Shown here: positions 61,900 to 64,000 of the stretch, one piece after another
Layout: every line of letters begins with the position of its first letter
Numbering within the stretch: position 1 is the first letter of the stretch
Source of the DNA: Centroscyllium fabricii
Lineage: Eukaryota
Direction of reading: 5' to 3'
NCBI GenBank assembly: GCA_051313645.2
Contig: JBNRSN020000089.1
Coordinates: 2,170,001-2,234,000 of the forward strand
Length of the DNA: 64,000 nucleotides
The notes under the pieces: model-generated
Databases searched by the model: none
What the model was told of the DNA's origin: nothing
What the model saw: only the letters and a program-made list of their open reading frames with translations
Position numbers and translations under genes: made by a program

Positions 61900-64000
61900 A
61901 CATCAGACAATACATCAGCCAATACCCGTCTATGTACAATACATCAGACAATGTCCATCTGTGAACAATACATCAGACAATGTCCCTCTGTGTACAATAC
62001 ATGAGACATTATCCATCAGTGTACAATACATCAGACAATGTCCGTCTGTGAACAATACATTAGAAAATGTCCATCTGTGAACAATACATCAGATATTATC
62101 CATCTGTGTACAATACATCAGACATTGTCCATCTGTGAACAATACATCAGACATTATCCATCATTGTACAATACATCAGACAATATCCATCTGTGTACAA
62201 TAAATCAGACAATATCCATCTGTGTACAATAAATCAGACAATATCCATCTTTGTACAATACATCAGATATTGTCCATCTGTGAACAATACATCAGACATT
62301 ATCCATCTGTGTACAATACATGAGACAATGTCCATCTGTGAACAATACATCAGACAATTTCCATTTTGTGTACAATACATCATACAATATCCATCTGTGT
62401 ACAATAAATCAGACAATATCCATCTGTGTACAATACATCAGGCAATGTTCATCTGTGTACAATACATCAGACATTATCCATCTGTGTACAATACATCAGA
62501 CAATGTCCATCTGTATACAACACATCAGACATTGTGCATCTGTGAACAATACAGCAGACATTATCCATTTGTGTACAATACATCAGACAATATCCATCTC
62601 TGTACAATACATCAGACAATATGCATCTGTGTACAATACATCAGACAATATCCATCTGTGTACAATACATCAGACAATGTCCAACTGTGTACAATACATC
62701 AGGCAATGTCCATCTGTGAACAATATATCAGAAAAAATCCATCTGTGTACAATATATCAGACAAGGTCCATCTGTGTACAATACATCAGACAATGTCTAT
62801 CTGTGAACAAAACTTCAGACAATGTCCATCTGTGTACAATAAATCAGACAATGTCCATCTGTGAACAATACATCAGACAATGTCCATCTGTGTACAATAC
62901 ATCAGACACTGTCCATCTTGTGTACAATACACCAGACAATGTCCATCTGTGAACAATACGTCAGACAATATCCATCTGTGTACAATACTTCAGACAAAGT
63001 CCATCTATGAACAATACATCAGACAATGTCCACCTGTGTACAATACATCAGACAATATACATCTGTGAACAATACATCAGACAATATCCATCTGTGTACA
63101 CTACATCAGACAATATCCATCTGTGTACAATACATCAGACAATGTCCATCTGTGTACAATACATCAGGAAATATCCATCTGTGAACAATGCATCAGACAA
63201 TATCCATCTTTGTACAATACATCAGACAATATCCATCTCTGTACAATACATCAGACAATGTCCATCTGTGAACAATATATCAGACATTATCCATCTATGA
63301 ACAATACATCAGACAATATCCATCTGAGAACAGTACATCAGACAATGTCCCTCTGTGTACAATACATCAGACAAGGTCCATCTTGTGTACAATACATCAG
63401 ACAATGTCCATCTGTGTACAATACATCAGACAATGTCTTTCTGTGAAAAATACATCAGACAATGTCCATCTGTGTACAATACATCAGACAATGTCCATCT
63501 GTTTACAATGTATCAGACAATGTCCATCTTGTGTAGAATACATCAGACAATGTCCATCTGTGTAAAATACATCAGACAATGTCCAGCTGTGTACAATACA
63601 TCAGACAATGTCCATCTGTGTACAATAAATCAGACAATGTCCATCTGTGTACAATACATCCGACAATATCCATCTGTGAACAATATTTCAGACAAAGTCC
63701 ATCTATGAACAATACATCAGACAATGTCCATCTGTGTACCATACATCAGACAATATCCATCTGTGAACAATTCATCAGAAAATATCCAACTGTGTACAAT
63801 ACTTCAGACAATATCCATCTGTGTACAATACATCAGACAATGTCCATCTGTGTACAATACACCAGACAGTATCCATCTGTGAACAATAAATCAGACAATA
63901 TCCATCTTTGTACAATACATCAGACAATATCCTTCTGTGTACAATACATCAGTCAATGTCCAACTGTGAACAGTAAATCAGACATTAACCGTCTATGAAC
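61900..64000. repeat. Degenerate monomeric satellite zone with no recognisable HOR order; probable approach to the array edge
   Basis: Substitution density is higher and most monomers are non-consensus. Several +1 indels (about 62159, 62361, 62914, 63379, 63525) and a 12-bp internal duplication at 61896 are present. HOR markers are absent. Confidence 0.85.

Larger units (their letters stand above)
1..64000. repeat. Tandem satellite array of a 29-bp monomer (consensus CCATCTGTGTACAATACATCAGACAATGT), ~2,200 copies, running off both window ends
   Basis: The 29-bp periodicity is visible on every line, in one orientation throughout. Common variants are GTGTAC/GTGAAC, AGAC/AGAA, AATGT/AATAT and CAAT/CATT. 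No non-repeat sequence was seen. Confidence 0.99.

Noticed and set aside
1-64000. Hundreds of 60-356 aa ORFs with Cys/His-rich repeats (zinc-finger or metallothionein-like appearance)
   Set aside because: The same peptide appears in all three overlapping frames because the period is 29 bp. Starts and stops track repeat variants, there is no unique domain, and fixed 2-bp deletions shift frame freely.
1-64000. CRISPR array (29-bp partly palindromic repeat)
   Set aside because: The repeats are directly adjacent with no unique spacers, leader or cas genes.
1-64000. Telomeric repeat or telomerase-templated array
   Set aside because: There is no G-rich telomere-type motif. Kilobase-scale inherited variant patterns indicate DNA-level duplication, not repeated copying of a short RNA template.
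1-64000. Information-bearing code in the T/A and C/A dimorphisms, or an antigenic-variation cassette system
   Set aside because: The variant order is adequately explained by descent through nested duplications. No expression site, recombinase or reader is present in the window.
1-64000. Assignment as a functional centromere or to a specific organism
   Set aside because: The architecture is suggestive only. No CENP-B box or known satellite consensus was recognised, and there is no flanking unique sequence.
1-64000. CpG absence with many CA/TG steps as evidence of methylation decay
   Set aside because: The array is effectively one 29-bp sample, so the absence of CpG is not statistically informative. 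CpG-creating variants (CGGAC, CCGTC, GCGT) persist across HOR copies.

Overview
The whole 64 kb window is one uninterrupted, single-orientation, head-to-tail tandem array (satellite DNA) of a 29-bp monomer. The consensus is CCATCTGTGTACAATACATCAGACAATGT (38% GC, no CpG), in about 2,200 copies. I see no credible protein-coding gene, RNA gene, transposon insertion, inversion or CRISPR array. Every listed ORF is a translation artefact of the repeat. The interest lies in a layered architecture that rare variant monomers make readable: (i) the monomer has a 12+17-bp internal substructure and two dyads; (ii) monomers form a very long higher-order repeat (HOR) of 123 monomers, 3,563-3,564 bp; (iii) truncated and duplicated HOR variants occur (1,015, 1,680, 2,171, 2,638 and 3,219 bp), always in monomer register; (iv) multi-HOR blocks recur at ~8-11 kb offsets; (v) a degenerate, HOR-less margin starts at about 61.9 kb. 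This resembles eukaryotic (peri)centromeric or heterochromatic satellite, but organism and function cannot be determined from the sequence. Coordinates were read by eye and internal boundaries are approximate.
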